Assembly: GCA_000002445.1 (NCBI GenBank)
Contig: AL929603.2
Coordinates: forward strand, 1 to 64,000
Length of the DNA stretch: 64,000 nucleotides
Direction of reading: 5' to 3'
Source of the DNA: Trypanosoma brucei
Lineage: Eukaryota
The translations under genes and the position numbers were made by a program. Each line of letters opens with the position of its first letter. Position 1 is the first letter of the stretch. Positions 40,101-50,427 of the stretch are shown here, piece by piece. The notes under the pieces are model-generated. The model saw only the letters and a program-made list of their open reading frames with translations, was not told the origin of the DNA and made no database searches.

Positions 40101-40153
40101 ACGCAGTATACTACCACCCCTATGCAATTACGTTTCGTACAGGCGAGTACACG
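13141..40153. repeat. 50-bp repeat array (~27 kb, ~540 units), the characteristic upstream boundary of T. brucei VSG expression sites
   Basis: Unit ctgccacttgtgtgagaatacttttagtacaagcgagtacacgcagtata (50 bp) is repeated head-to-tail with point variants. There is a sharp onset at 13141 after an AT-rich tract and a sharp end at ~40153 (acacggggggaacc). Stop-free frames generate the many artefactual 60-160-aa ORFs in the track. Confidence 0.93.
34850..40153. repeat. Divergent distal sub-families of the 50-bp repeat: type II ctgccacccctgtaagaatacttttagtacaggcgagtacacacagtata and type III ctaccacccctatgcaattac(g/t)ttt(c/a)gtacaggcgagt(a/g)cacgcagtata
   Basis: Read directly. From ~34850 the cttgtgtgag core is replaced by cccctgtaag/cccctgtgag, and aagcgag by aggcgag/aggggag. 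Short re-intrusions of the type I unit occur at ~36600 and 37200-37380. Type III blocks are at ~37550-37900 and 39960-40140. Confidence 0.85.
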
Positions 40154-41025
40154 GGGGGAACCAAGCGAAATTATTTGTTAAGGTGATGTCAGCGGTGGGG
40201 TAGTGAGTGAAATGTTGTGGAGGAATGTGGAGTTATGGTATGGGAGTTTATGATGGTATTTGCTTAAATTAGAAGTAGTGTCAAGGAATTAAAAGATGAC
40301 AAATAAAATGTGAAACCGGTATACGTGAGTGGGTGATTAATATATTTTATAATTTGTTCTTTTCTTAAGAATGAAATGGGTATATAAAAAAACCAAATAA
40401 CGTATGTTTAGGAGCCTTTATATGGATTTATTTCACAACGTCTTTCTAACTTATTCTTGCTGAACTTATGAGTATATTGGCCCTGTTCCACCTATAAAGC
40501 CGTTGATTTATAAATGGGGTGGATTTAACTTCTTCACATTAGCCACTGTTTCCACAAAACAATACGATGAGCCATTGTTATAAATTTTAAGACGTTGTCA
40601 CACATGCTTAAAGTGTTTGACATTAGAAAAGAATGTAGTTCCCTGCGCATTATGCTGCCACAGTGCAACATTTCCTACAGTCCTATGTTGGTAAATCAGC
40701 AACCTACTGAAAGGCGTAACGGAAAGCACCGTTTCTTTTTTAAAAGTTTATCTTCATTCGGTTTTTTTTTTGTCAAGCGATATGAATGAGCTTCTGTGTG
40801 TGTATCTGTGTATGTCTGTGTTTGTTTGTGTGTACCAACACATATTTGGCATCAACTTCCATGGTTGCTACAATACTGTCTGCTGGAAGTACTTTTAGAA
40901 ACGCGGTGGAAACAGGGACCTCCACATCGCTTTTATTTTTAGACGCGTCTGGTGGACATAACTGATGTCGCTTCTGCCAACGTGACCATGAGGAAGAGAG
41001 ATATAATAATAATAATAACTTTTAT

Positions 41026-41331
41026 TTATAAAAAATGTTTAGAAACAGATGGTGATGAACAATCCTTCTGACAGGACTGCAGTGGTGGGATGAGCACCTC
41101 AACATCAGCACCATTATGGGTGGCGTCCACCGTCCAAACAGTTGTGTACGGGACAGCGGTCACAAGGCGATTTTGTGTTATTTCAGCGAGAGGAGTAAAG
41201 AAATCCACACGGCACTGGTCGTCTTGATCTGCATTTTTTTCCAAAGATGACAGCAACACCACAAGCAGAGCTAAAGCATGCATAGGCGGAACAGCACCCT
41301 CGTCGATATGGAACAACACAGCAACTGTCAC
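41026..41331 (-). CDS. Hypothetical 101-aa ORF (unassigned) between the 50-bp array and the duplicated RHS unit
   Basis: Only an ORF is seen and no recognisable motif. It is on the same strand as all other genes. Confidence 0.15.
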   Translation of the reverse strand: MTVAVLFHIDEGAVPPMHALALLVVLLSSLEKNADQDDQCRVDFFTPLAEITQNRLVTAVPYTTVWTVDATHNGADVEVLIPPLQSCQKDCSSPSVSKHFL

Positions 41332-42039
41332 GCTCTCATTTCCTTTAGCGCGTGCATCAACTACTCATGTTACATACACTACCTGTAGAGCCACCTTCAG
41401 ACACATTAATATATCAATGTATTTAAAATAAAGTAAAAAAAAAAAGAAAATAGAAAAGAAAAGAAGTGAAGAGGACTTCACTGCATTTTCACGGCATACA
41501 ACGGCGAAATCGTTATTTTCGTTGTTGTTTTCTCTCCCTCCATCTCTTTTGTTATCGCCAAATAACAAAAGGAACCATGAATATTATCACAATTACTGCG
41601 CGTTACAGTTTGGTGTCACATTTTATTTTTAAATCCCCATGTGAGGATGCGCAATTTAGTGTACAGATAAATTTCACCCGATTCATCATTCTTCATGCAG
41701 GAAAGATGTATCAAAAAAAAAGTAAAAAATAAAAAAAAGAGAAATCACACTTTATACTATTTCTATCATTGGAATCCCATGAAATCAAGCGAAAGACACG
41801 TACTTATTCCCATTCCTTGAAGTTCTTGAAGTAAAATCTTGAACACATTGGGGGAATCCACATGTGAGACGGGTATTTTTGGCATTACATTATGAACAAT
41901 ACATGTCCTCTTCTCACCATTTATAACCCACACGAGCAGCATCAAATATAAATTGTGAAGAGGTATGAGATCACAAGGAGCTCGCTCTCATTGAGAAGGT
42001 TGGATGCGTCATATATATATATAATCATGTAATCCCTTT

Positions 42040-43798
42040 TCATTTCAACAATACGCAAACCTCCACTGCGGAATCGACTTTGAATGAGTTGACCTCGTCA
42101 GCACGAAACGGGGCCCGCCCAGTGGCATGAACATTAATCTTATCAGTAAACATGTGTTTGAGGTGTTGGTAATAAATGGGGTCAAAGAAAACATAAGTGC
42201 GTATCATCTTCCCCGTTATGCCCGAGTGGAAAATATACATCATCTCCGTGAAGATAATTGTATCCATGTTGTATCAATTCCTCATCCAGCTCTTCATCCT
42301 TATCGGTACCCAAAGATAGTGCCATCGCCTAACTTTTCCGTGAATGCACTCACACCTTTGAGCTAACAAGTTCCAGCAACTTTCCAACTGTCATACGGCT
42401 CGGGAATCCATGAGAATTTATGATCATATCTGTGCAAATGCCTTTACTCATTGAAGGGCATGTTAATACACCATCAGTCATGAGATCCACTACTCCCTCC
42501 AGCCCGTGCCGTGAGGAAAACTTATTTCAGACCTCGGGACCGCGAACTTCTCTCGTAGCAACTTTAACTTTATTGTTCTACATCCATTGATATATCCGAG
42601 TCACTGGAAGGTGAGAGATGACCACATTTGGTTCACAACAGCAGGCTGAGGGTATTTATTATATTCAAGAAAATTAGGTCTTGTTTTCATGGAAGGCACG
42701 GGAGGGTATTTGTTTACTAAAATATCAAACTGACAAACAGCCGCACCTTTACTACTGGCAATACCATCAATATTAAAGGCATTGTGTCTCGCAACATTCC
42801 AATCTGTTGGAAGAATTATATCATACATACTCACCGTTGGGAAGTCTTTCCAGTTCCATCTCATGCTTGCAGAAAACAACATAGCACCCATAGCCACAAT
42901 TGAGCGAACTGCGGTTGTGTACACCTTTGCGTCTTCAATATCGTAACCTCTATAGCTCATAATGCATACCATTGTATTAATTCCCGCATCTAATATTTTG
43001 TAGTTGCTTAGGTTCATAGCCTTCGTCCAGCAAAGGGATCGTTGAGAGTAAGCACTCAACATAAGTACTGTGTCCATTTATAATGTACTGAATATACGCA
43101 ATGGTTCCAACAGCTTGCTTGCCAATGGCTGACTGTAATGTGTTTCGTGCAAATTGATTGTGATGTGGAAAGGAAAATAATGCTAGCGACAACTCCAAGT
43201 GAGTCTCGTGTACTGCTCAATGTCTTTGTGGTGAACTGCTATAAGACAGACATTCGCTTCGTCATATAAGTCAATGAATTCCACAACAAACCTTCAGCTA
43301 AAATATCGTTAATCGATCACTTACTTGAACTCAAGTTATCCAGGTGTTAAGAAATTACAGCGTGTTTACCGTCGCTAACGAAAACATACAACCTCACGAT
43401 CCTTCTGCCAACACAAACAATTTGAACACTCTTCTGACGGTCATTTATCGCAATTGAAACGTGTGGATGCAAGCGGCCTGTGTTCCTCAGGGTTCGTAAT
43501 ACATCCCGACACAAACGGCTCATGTATCGATAAACGCACATCAGCACTTCATTGAGGAAAACTGTGTAGTATTTAAGAAATTCGTTAAGGCTGATATAAT
43601 CTATTTCCTCCACTCCAATATTGTACGCATCCGCATGTAAACAAACAAATTATCCATGTTGAGTGTTACCTGACTAAGAATAGCAAAATTATTAACCAAA
43701 CAGCAACAACTTTCACCCTCTGGGGTATTGCAAGGAGGGATATACACCATTCCCCATTGACTTGAATAGAGAAATAATGATCCGCACATGTGGGTCAA
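42040..43798 (-). pseudogene. Degenerate pseudogene of a DNA-directed RNA polymerase second-largest subunit (RPB2/RPA2/RPC2 family; C-terminal ~half), copy A
   Basis: Four collinear minus-strand ORF pieces carry hallmark motifs of the second-largest subunit in the correct N-to-C order. These are PEGESCCCLVNNFAILS (cf. PEG..CGLVKNL; ORF 43601-43798), VLRTLRNTGRLHPHVSIAINDRQKSVQIVCVGRRIVRLYVFVSDGK (cf. [39 protein letters not shown]; 43347-43613), IMSYRGYDIEDA (cf. GYNQEDS / Pol I GYDMEDA; 42601-43077), and HSGITGKMIRTYVFFDPIYYQHLKHMFTDKINVHATG (cf. HTGK...IF.GP.YYQRLRHMVDDKIHAR.RGP; 42040-42267). Catalytic and invariant residues are altered and the frames are broken, so this is a pseudogene. 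Confidence 0.7.
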
Positions 43799-44936
43799 TA
43801 CACGAAGTCATGGTCACTCCACTGCTGCCGTTACATATGATCACTGCATGGTTTTCGTATCAATGTTGATGATGATATGGGATTTGCTGCTGGAGGCAAC
43901 CAGAAACATAAGTTTAAGGTTCCCACGTGTGGAGAGAGGCCCAACTGCCAACCCTCAAGCAGGATAACAGAAGTGATTATAAGTAAAGAGAAGACAACAT
44001 ATCATAGCATGTTTACCCACCGACACATAATTGAAGAAAGAAAGAGATAGAAAGAGAGGAAAATAGAAACAATCACGTCACCAGCTGCGTGTCTGCGAAG
44101 AGCATCATCAAGAGCTGCTCCATAACTGCAACCATAACTAACATGTATAATATAATTATAACAGCTCGTATATAAAACAGCACATCCAGTAATTGCTTCT
44201 AATGTTTGCATATTTCGCTCCGTCACAATCTCTCTCCCATGACACCTACTAGAAATACAACTCAGAGGAGTTATAGTTTAGGCATGTTTCCAATACGCTC
44301 TCTCCACCAAGGATGGCGAAGAAGCAAAAAGTACTATTACATTTTTGTTCTTTTTATCATTGGCCTATAGATCCCTATCTCTACACGGATGTAAAATTTA
44401 GATTGTATAAATGAAAAGAAGATGTGAAGAGTTAGTGTAGTATAATCCAATCCTATAGTTTGTAATAGCACAAATGAAAACAAAACGTCACAATGTTTTC
44501 TTACGTCTTTCGATAACATTATTTCTGTCTTTCTTTGTGACCCTTAAGATTACGATGTGGCTTAACTCCAGTTATGCGTTAGCCTATAAAATACTGCACT
44601 CCTTCTACTTCCTCCACTACGTTGTCGTCTCGCCACGTTTCCTTGGAAACTTCATTACATTCATACCATGGCCTCCTTGCTGCACCCAAAAGAAAAAGCA
44701 GCTACACCTCCTTGCCCGCTGTGAGGTTACTGAATATACTTCGGACGTCACTGATTATGTGCACCTCTGTGTTACTCTTGTTTTGACTGCAGTCCGCTGA
44801 ACTTGGTTTCCTTTCAAACTGCCACACCCCAAGCGCTGCCCACTGCCGAGGAGATTGAACCGCATATATTCACCTCCTTCCACAGCGTCCGTTGCGTGTC
44901 AAACAACAGCGACTGGCCTTACTCCAGCTATTGGGT

Positions 44937-46994
44937 TCACCTTCGCTTTGCTTTCATCGCTCGCCTTCCCTGTGCCTTTTTTGCTTCCTGAAGATCTACC
45001 ATCAGATGAGCATTCATTTCGTCCCCAAACGTTACCTGGAATTGTTCAATCGTTTCCCAAAATGTTTGAAGTTGTTTCGCCTTCCTGGCAGGGATAACTT
45101 TGTCGACGTTAGCCTCACATTTTTGCCAATTGGTAATCACACCGCCATTAACTCCATTCATGTATATCATCTCCCAAGCCATGTTACCCGAAAACGTGTT
45201 CCAGTCCGAAAAATATCCTTTAATTCTCTCCGTGAACGCATTCAACTTTGTCGCAGTGGTGGAGTGACAGCCCGACTTGGTCACGTGTAAAAGGACAAGT
45301 GTCTTTGGTTTTGGCGCTTTTTTCGCTTGCCTTCCAGGCGACATCGTGAAGCGCCCCTCAACGAAAAAAAAGCCATCCACCAAGGGTTCATAGGCTGTGG
45401 CGGGAGTGTAGAGCACCATGTATTCGCAGCGTTCAATTGGGTTCTGCCTGGCTGCTGGTAAGACTTCCCATCCAGTGAGGCACAACTGCTGAGGAGTCAT
45501 GCTACTCAGTATACTTTGTTTTCCCCTCAGCTTCTCAGGCGGATGGAGGTGTCTCAAGTTCTTTGCCATCATCTCGAGAACTCGAGGATTGAGCACCGCA
45601 AACAACGCATGGCTTTCAAATGAAATGAAAGCGGCACTTCTGTTTCTCATCATGAGCTGGGACTCTGCTACTTTTCGCGCAGTAATGCCAAGCACCGCCC
45701 AAAGTAGCAAGGTCCTTATGTGCCCGGAAAGCTCTTTGCTGCGATATGAATCTCCGGAAACTCCATTTCCACGCGAACGGACTATCTGTACCATCTGGTA
45801 CGACACCTCTTCAGTTTGCCAGTTCATTGATGACCTAAAAAGATCCTCGCAGCCATTTTTATCATTAGCATCGAGGCCTCTTATTTTTTTTGCCACCGCC
45901 TCCATTCGCCCGCCGTGCCCCACAGCGTCGTAAACGGCACGAGGCACCGGGCCTGCCACGGCAATACGCTGCTTTACAGTTTCCCATTCGTCCTTTAGTC
46001 CTCCTCTTAACTCTTGTTTCGCCGTGTTGGATACCTTTTTATCTAATGCTACTGATAAATTCTTCCATGCCACAAACGCCTTTATGTCACGCACATCATC
46101 GCAGTTTATAATAATATGGCGGCTTCCCATGTCCTTTTCCCACTCCTCGTAATGTACCGTATCGGGGGAAGTGAGGACAGTTACACCCCAACCCAAATGG
46201 CACAGCTCATCAGGCGGTATAAGTAAGCTCTTACCGATGTCGACAATGATGTGACCTCTTTTTTTTCTTATTGTTTTTATGAAGGTAACGGCGGAATCGG
46301 TGCTTCTGTCTTCCTCAACCCTCCCCTCTTCTCCGGGTTTCTTGTTATATATTAGGTAAGCGATTTTACCCACGAAATATGCAACAACATCAAGCATTCC
46401 TTCATGGAAGTGAAGCAGTGAATGAAGCAAAAATGATCCAAGGCCACATGATTTACCAATACCAGGTGTACCAATAACAATATGTATCGGTGAATCCTCA
46501 GCTTTTTCTACCCAACATGCTCTCAGCCCTTTTTCGACTTTATACCACACGCGCATAATTTCACGACGGATGTATACATGTTTAAATTTTTCGTTGCACC
46601 TCTCAGTGTGGCCCAATGCAAACCTGTTGTATGGCCAACCCTTCTCCGAAGTGAGAACGAAAATCTCCAAACCATCGGGTCTCTCCTCAATCTCTGCATC
46701 AACATTCGCAGGGTCAGGAGTTATATCAACCTCCGCTTCGGTCCATATGCGCTGTGGTTTTCCATCGAACACTTTCATTCCAAGTGGATCTTCATCATAA
46801 CCCGACATCACATAACTCCATTTCGCATTATAAATGGAATCGTATAATTTCTCTTCGAGAGATTTGCCCTCTCCGGTTTCTGATGGGTTCTCGTTTTTTC
46901 GGCCGGCTTGTCTCTTCATCGGGCGGTACGCACCATTCAACCATCCATTTAAAATATTCCGAGTATCTCCCACACAACCACCATTCTGATTCAT
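44937..46994 (-). CDS. RHS: Retrotransposon hot spot (RHS) protein, 685 aa, with a P-loop NTPase motif and an alternative short N-terminus
   Basis: Conserved RHS core KLYDSIYNAKWSYVMSGY...PDGLEIFVLTSEKGWPYNRFALGHTE...VYIRREIMRVWYKVEKGL...IHIVIGTPGIGKSCGLGSFLLHSLLHF (Walker A GTPGIGKS)...INCDDVRDIKAFVAWK.... It is collinear with the 856-aa copy at 60266-62836. The first ~55 residues differ and ~170 residues are absent relative to copy B. Confidence 0.8.
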   Translation of the reverse strand: MNQNGGCVGDTRNILNGWLNGAYRPMKRQAGRKNENPSETGEGKSLEEKLYDSIYNAKWSYVMSGYDEDPLGMKVFDGKPQRIWTEAEVDITPDPANVDAEIEERPDGLEIFVLTSEKGWPYNRFALGHTERCNEKFKHVYIRREIMRVWYKVEKGLRACWVEKAEDSPIHIVIGTPGIGKSCGLGSFLLHSLLHFHEGMLDVVAYFVGKIAYLIYNKKPGEEGRVEEDRSTDSAVTFIKTIRKKRGHIIVDIGKSLLIPPDELCHLGWGVTVLTSPDTVHYEEWEKDMGSRHIIINCDDVRDIKAFVAWKNLSVALDKKVSNTAKQELRGGLKDEWETVKQRIAVAGPVPRAVYDAVGHGGRMEAVAKKIRGLDANDKNGCEDLFRSSMNWQTEEVSYQMVQIVRSRGNGVSGDSYRSKELSGHIRTLLLWAVLGITARKVAESQLMMRNRSAAFISFESHALFAVLNPRVLEMMAKNLRHLHPPEKLRGKQSILSSMTPQQLCLTGWEVLPAARQNPIERCEYMVLYTPATAYEPLVDGFFFVEGRFTMSPGRQAKKAPKPKTLVLLHVTKSGCHSTTATKLNAFTERIKGYFSDWNTFSGNMAWEMIYMNGVNGGVITNWQKCEANVDKVIPARKAKQLQTFWETIEQFQVTFGDEMNAHLMVDLQEAKKAQGRRAMKAKRR

Positions 46995-49900
46995 TTCACT
47001 CTCCGAATAATAATCTTAATTGAGTGTGTTGTGTTATTCCTTTCTTTGTAATATAAATTAAGAAAAGAATTAAGATGAGGGAATTTAAAATGGATACGCT
47101 TCTAAACCAAATCAAATATACAATCAATGAATATTAGGTATTAATATGGAAGATGGAAACTATTTATTGAAATTAAGATTCGGTTCAAATCTTATCATGT
47201 GTTAAGAACTCACAGCAACTTAAGCACAAATAAGGTATGACAGTATGAATAAACATTTCTGTTGAGAGGAAAACTCAAACAACAATTCCCAGTTACTTCA
47301 CACAATCATTTCAGAAAAATTAATATACTTACATATATATTTATAGAAAAGCAAAAACAAATAAATAAATGTGGCATTGCCATGAAAAACAGCATATAAT
47401 AGGTTTATTGATAAATCATGCAAAACGTAGAATACTCGGTTAAAGGTGCTCACGTGCATAATGATGGCGCTTCACATTGAAAAATAATACAAGCAACGAT
47501 CAGAACTTGCGTATAATCTCATATGACCCGTCACTCGAAATGACACGTTGCTGTGACCAATTAATTTTGCAACAACAATTTTTATGAATACTCTCACACT
47601 CCGAATCAGTACACAGTGTGCAAATGAGAGTACGAGATATCAAAAAAACGATAATAATCGCCGTAAAAAGTAAAACCAACAAAAATAAAATCTTATACAT
47701 CAAAGAGTAACCTCTCTCACCTGACGAACAAGTGCTGCTCACTTTCTTTATTCTTTATTTAAGTGATCCTGTGTTTATTTTTCCTGCAGCCATGGAACCA
47801 TGAATCAAAGAAATATATATATTAAGGCATGAAAGGTATTAGTTTTTGTTTTTGGTATTGGAGCACCTCGCCATGCGTCTGCTTTTGCTCCTTGGTGAAA
47901 CTCAAAAGGAACGAAAGGCTCACGGAATGGAACAAATATATTTGTGGGAATAATAATTCAATATTAGGCCTCTTTTGAGGAGTGTGCTAAGTGGAATAAT
48001 GGTGAAAAAGAAGTATTGAAAATTTATGCCACATGGACAAATGCTTTACAATATTTTCTCGCTGTCTGAAAAATATGGAATATATGGAATATATAAGGAA
48101 CCAGAAACATAGGGAATATATGAAGTATAAGAAAATATATCAAATATAAGAAAATATATGATATATTCTGAAGTGCCGGATGTGTTTGTGCGTGTCTTTG
48201 TATGTGTTCTCTGCTTTATATATCACTAAATGTTTTACACAATTCATTTTACTTTGCGTATGCTAATCGCTTGTTTCTCCCTGTATAAATTAGTGGAAAT
48301 ATCCATTAGAGAAATAATAATTTACTTTTTTTCTTTTCCCTTCTCTTCCATTCCCGCTAATGTTTCACCCGCCTATTTTCATTCCTTATAAATACTGTAA
48401 ATTTCTTTTTGTTACTGTAACTATTTCCAAAAAAAAAAAATGTAAGACACTTTAAGCATTACATATCATAATATTTCTAAACTCCTCTTTTGTTATGTTA
48501 AGCTACTAATATTTTTATTTCCCATTCATTTTATTCAGTGGAACATACAAAACCCCTTCAAAAGTCCTTCCTTGGTTTTTTCTTCAACATTATAATATAG
48601 CTTGTGGAATATACAAATATATAATAACCATAAATGTGTTATACATCTTCACAACATCAGAAGCTATACAACAGAATTATGTTCTTCAAGAAGCAGTGGT
48701 TGTGTTTCCTTTTATTTTATCTCATAGTCAAACTAATTAATTAATTACTAATAACTTCCTCCAAAGATATTGCTTCCACTTTCTTGGATTACTCAGCAGC
48801 GTAACACCGGAGTCTTGAAATGAAGAGTCGCAGTTCAAAGAATACAAAACAGGAAACAGAGACTCGCACCTTCACAATTGGTTGCATTTGAATACATCAA
48901 ACGCATTTATACACTTGCATTCCTAGTTTCTTTTTGGGGGGGTGGAGGGTAAATGCAAAATGTATCAAGTTGACGAGTAGCAGAAATACAACACTTGATA
49001 TAATTTCACTTACATATAAGCTTTCTTTTCCCACTTTATTTCAATTCATAATATTTTGATAGCAATGTAATGCAGCATTCAGCTATAAACATTTTAACCA
49101 TAAATATAGTAACTAATGTGTGAATGGTAACCCATTGCGATACATTCCATATGGAACAATACCACATTGTTAAATATACGCATTTAATTAAAACTATAGC
49201 ACTAAATTGAAAATTAAAAAATTAAAAGAGAAAAAGATATGAATTATCAAAAGAGGCATATTCTTCACTAACATGCACTTGTTTCAATATAATCATAATT
49301 TGAAATTAATTTAAATGATAAGTGGCCCAATATCCTGAAATGACACAATAACAATGATTTCATTATAGCAACTGTAAAATAATGATATGCAATAAAATAA
49401 ATAATATAAATAAATTAAAATACAGCAAGCAGTGCAGAATATATTCTATTGCTATATATAAACATTTGCCAACAGATGAATACCTTTACTCATTGGGAGA
49501 AAATAATTAAATTCAAACTTCCTATGATTCTGCCAGTGTTTGTCGGCTACATGTGGGACTCAAAAAAACAAAAGTTTATTTTAAATAAACATGAAAAAAA
49601 GAAAAACTTCGCATGAAACCATAAGGGCACCCCTGTGAGTTATGTGCTACTGTCAAACATAGTTAACTTCACAGCCCTCAAGAAAGAGAGAAATAAATAA
49701 AAGTAAAATTCCAGGTAAAAAATAAAATAAAAATTAAGGAAATATAACATAATTATGCTTAACTAACTGTAACGTGAGGAATGTAAAAATAACAAAATGT
49801 TACTCAAAATTTAATGTTATCAATGTTTTCCTTCACAAACAAAAACTGTCACATCTCAATGTGTTCTTTCAAATTAATGTAACGGAACCAGATATGTTTG

Positions 49901-50427
49901 TATAATATTCTACAATGTCATTTGGCATTGTCCGATGCTCACTCAAAAAAAAACTTATTCGTTTTGTTGCGATGTAGCTATTGACAGTGTTGTGCTCTTT
50001 TTCTTTTTTTTTATTTTTTTTTAACATACCGCTCCGCACTTCCGTAATCCCCTCAATATTCCTGCAGTTCCCATCATAAAAGATACAAAAGAAATCCATC
50101 AAAATAAAGTAACTGGAGTCCAAGATGCTGTAGATCGCAATGTATTTATTTTGAATAATGGAATCCTGTGATATCAGAGACAATCATCTGCAATGAATAA
50201 ACTGAAACATTCATTGACTCATGCCACTAAAATAATAATTAAATTGTTAAACACATATTCCCATCGTGTGTTAAGTAATTCAAACAATTCTGTGACCACA
50301 TGAAATACTCGACGAAAAAGGAAACGTATACAATGCATAAGCCATTAGTAAAGTATAAATACAGTTTTTGGTATCGAATCCATCATATGTTACAAAGTTG
50401 CATTTCATTAACAAACAAGAGCACAAT

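Larger units (their letters stand above)
41901..47439. repeat. Segmental duplication copy A (~5.5 kb) containing an RPB2-like pseudogene, an RHS gene and the RHS 5' flank
   Basis: Near-identical to 57279-63284. Shared ends are acatgtcctcttctcaccatttataacccacacgagcagc ... gcaaaacgtagaatactcgg. The length difference (~470 bp) maps to the RHS N-terminal region. Confidence 0.9.

Noticed and set aside
13141-40153. Regular short repeats superficially reminiscent of a CRISPR array
   Set aside because: The repeats are contiguous with no unique spacers. The host is a eukaryote, with telomere, VSG and RHS present. This is the kinetoplastid 50-bp satellite.
47500-50183. Short ORFs in AT-rich spacers (47500-47742, 49869-50183)
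   Set aside because: Extremely AT-rich intergenic sequence with no conservation between duplicated units, so these are chance ORFs.
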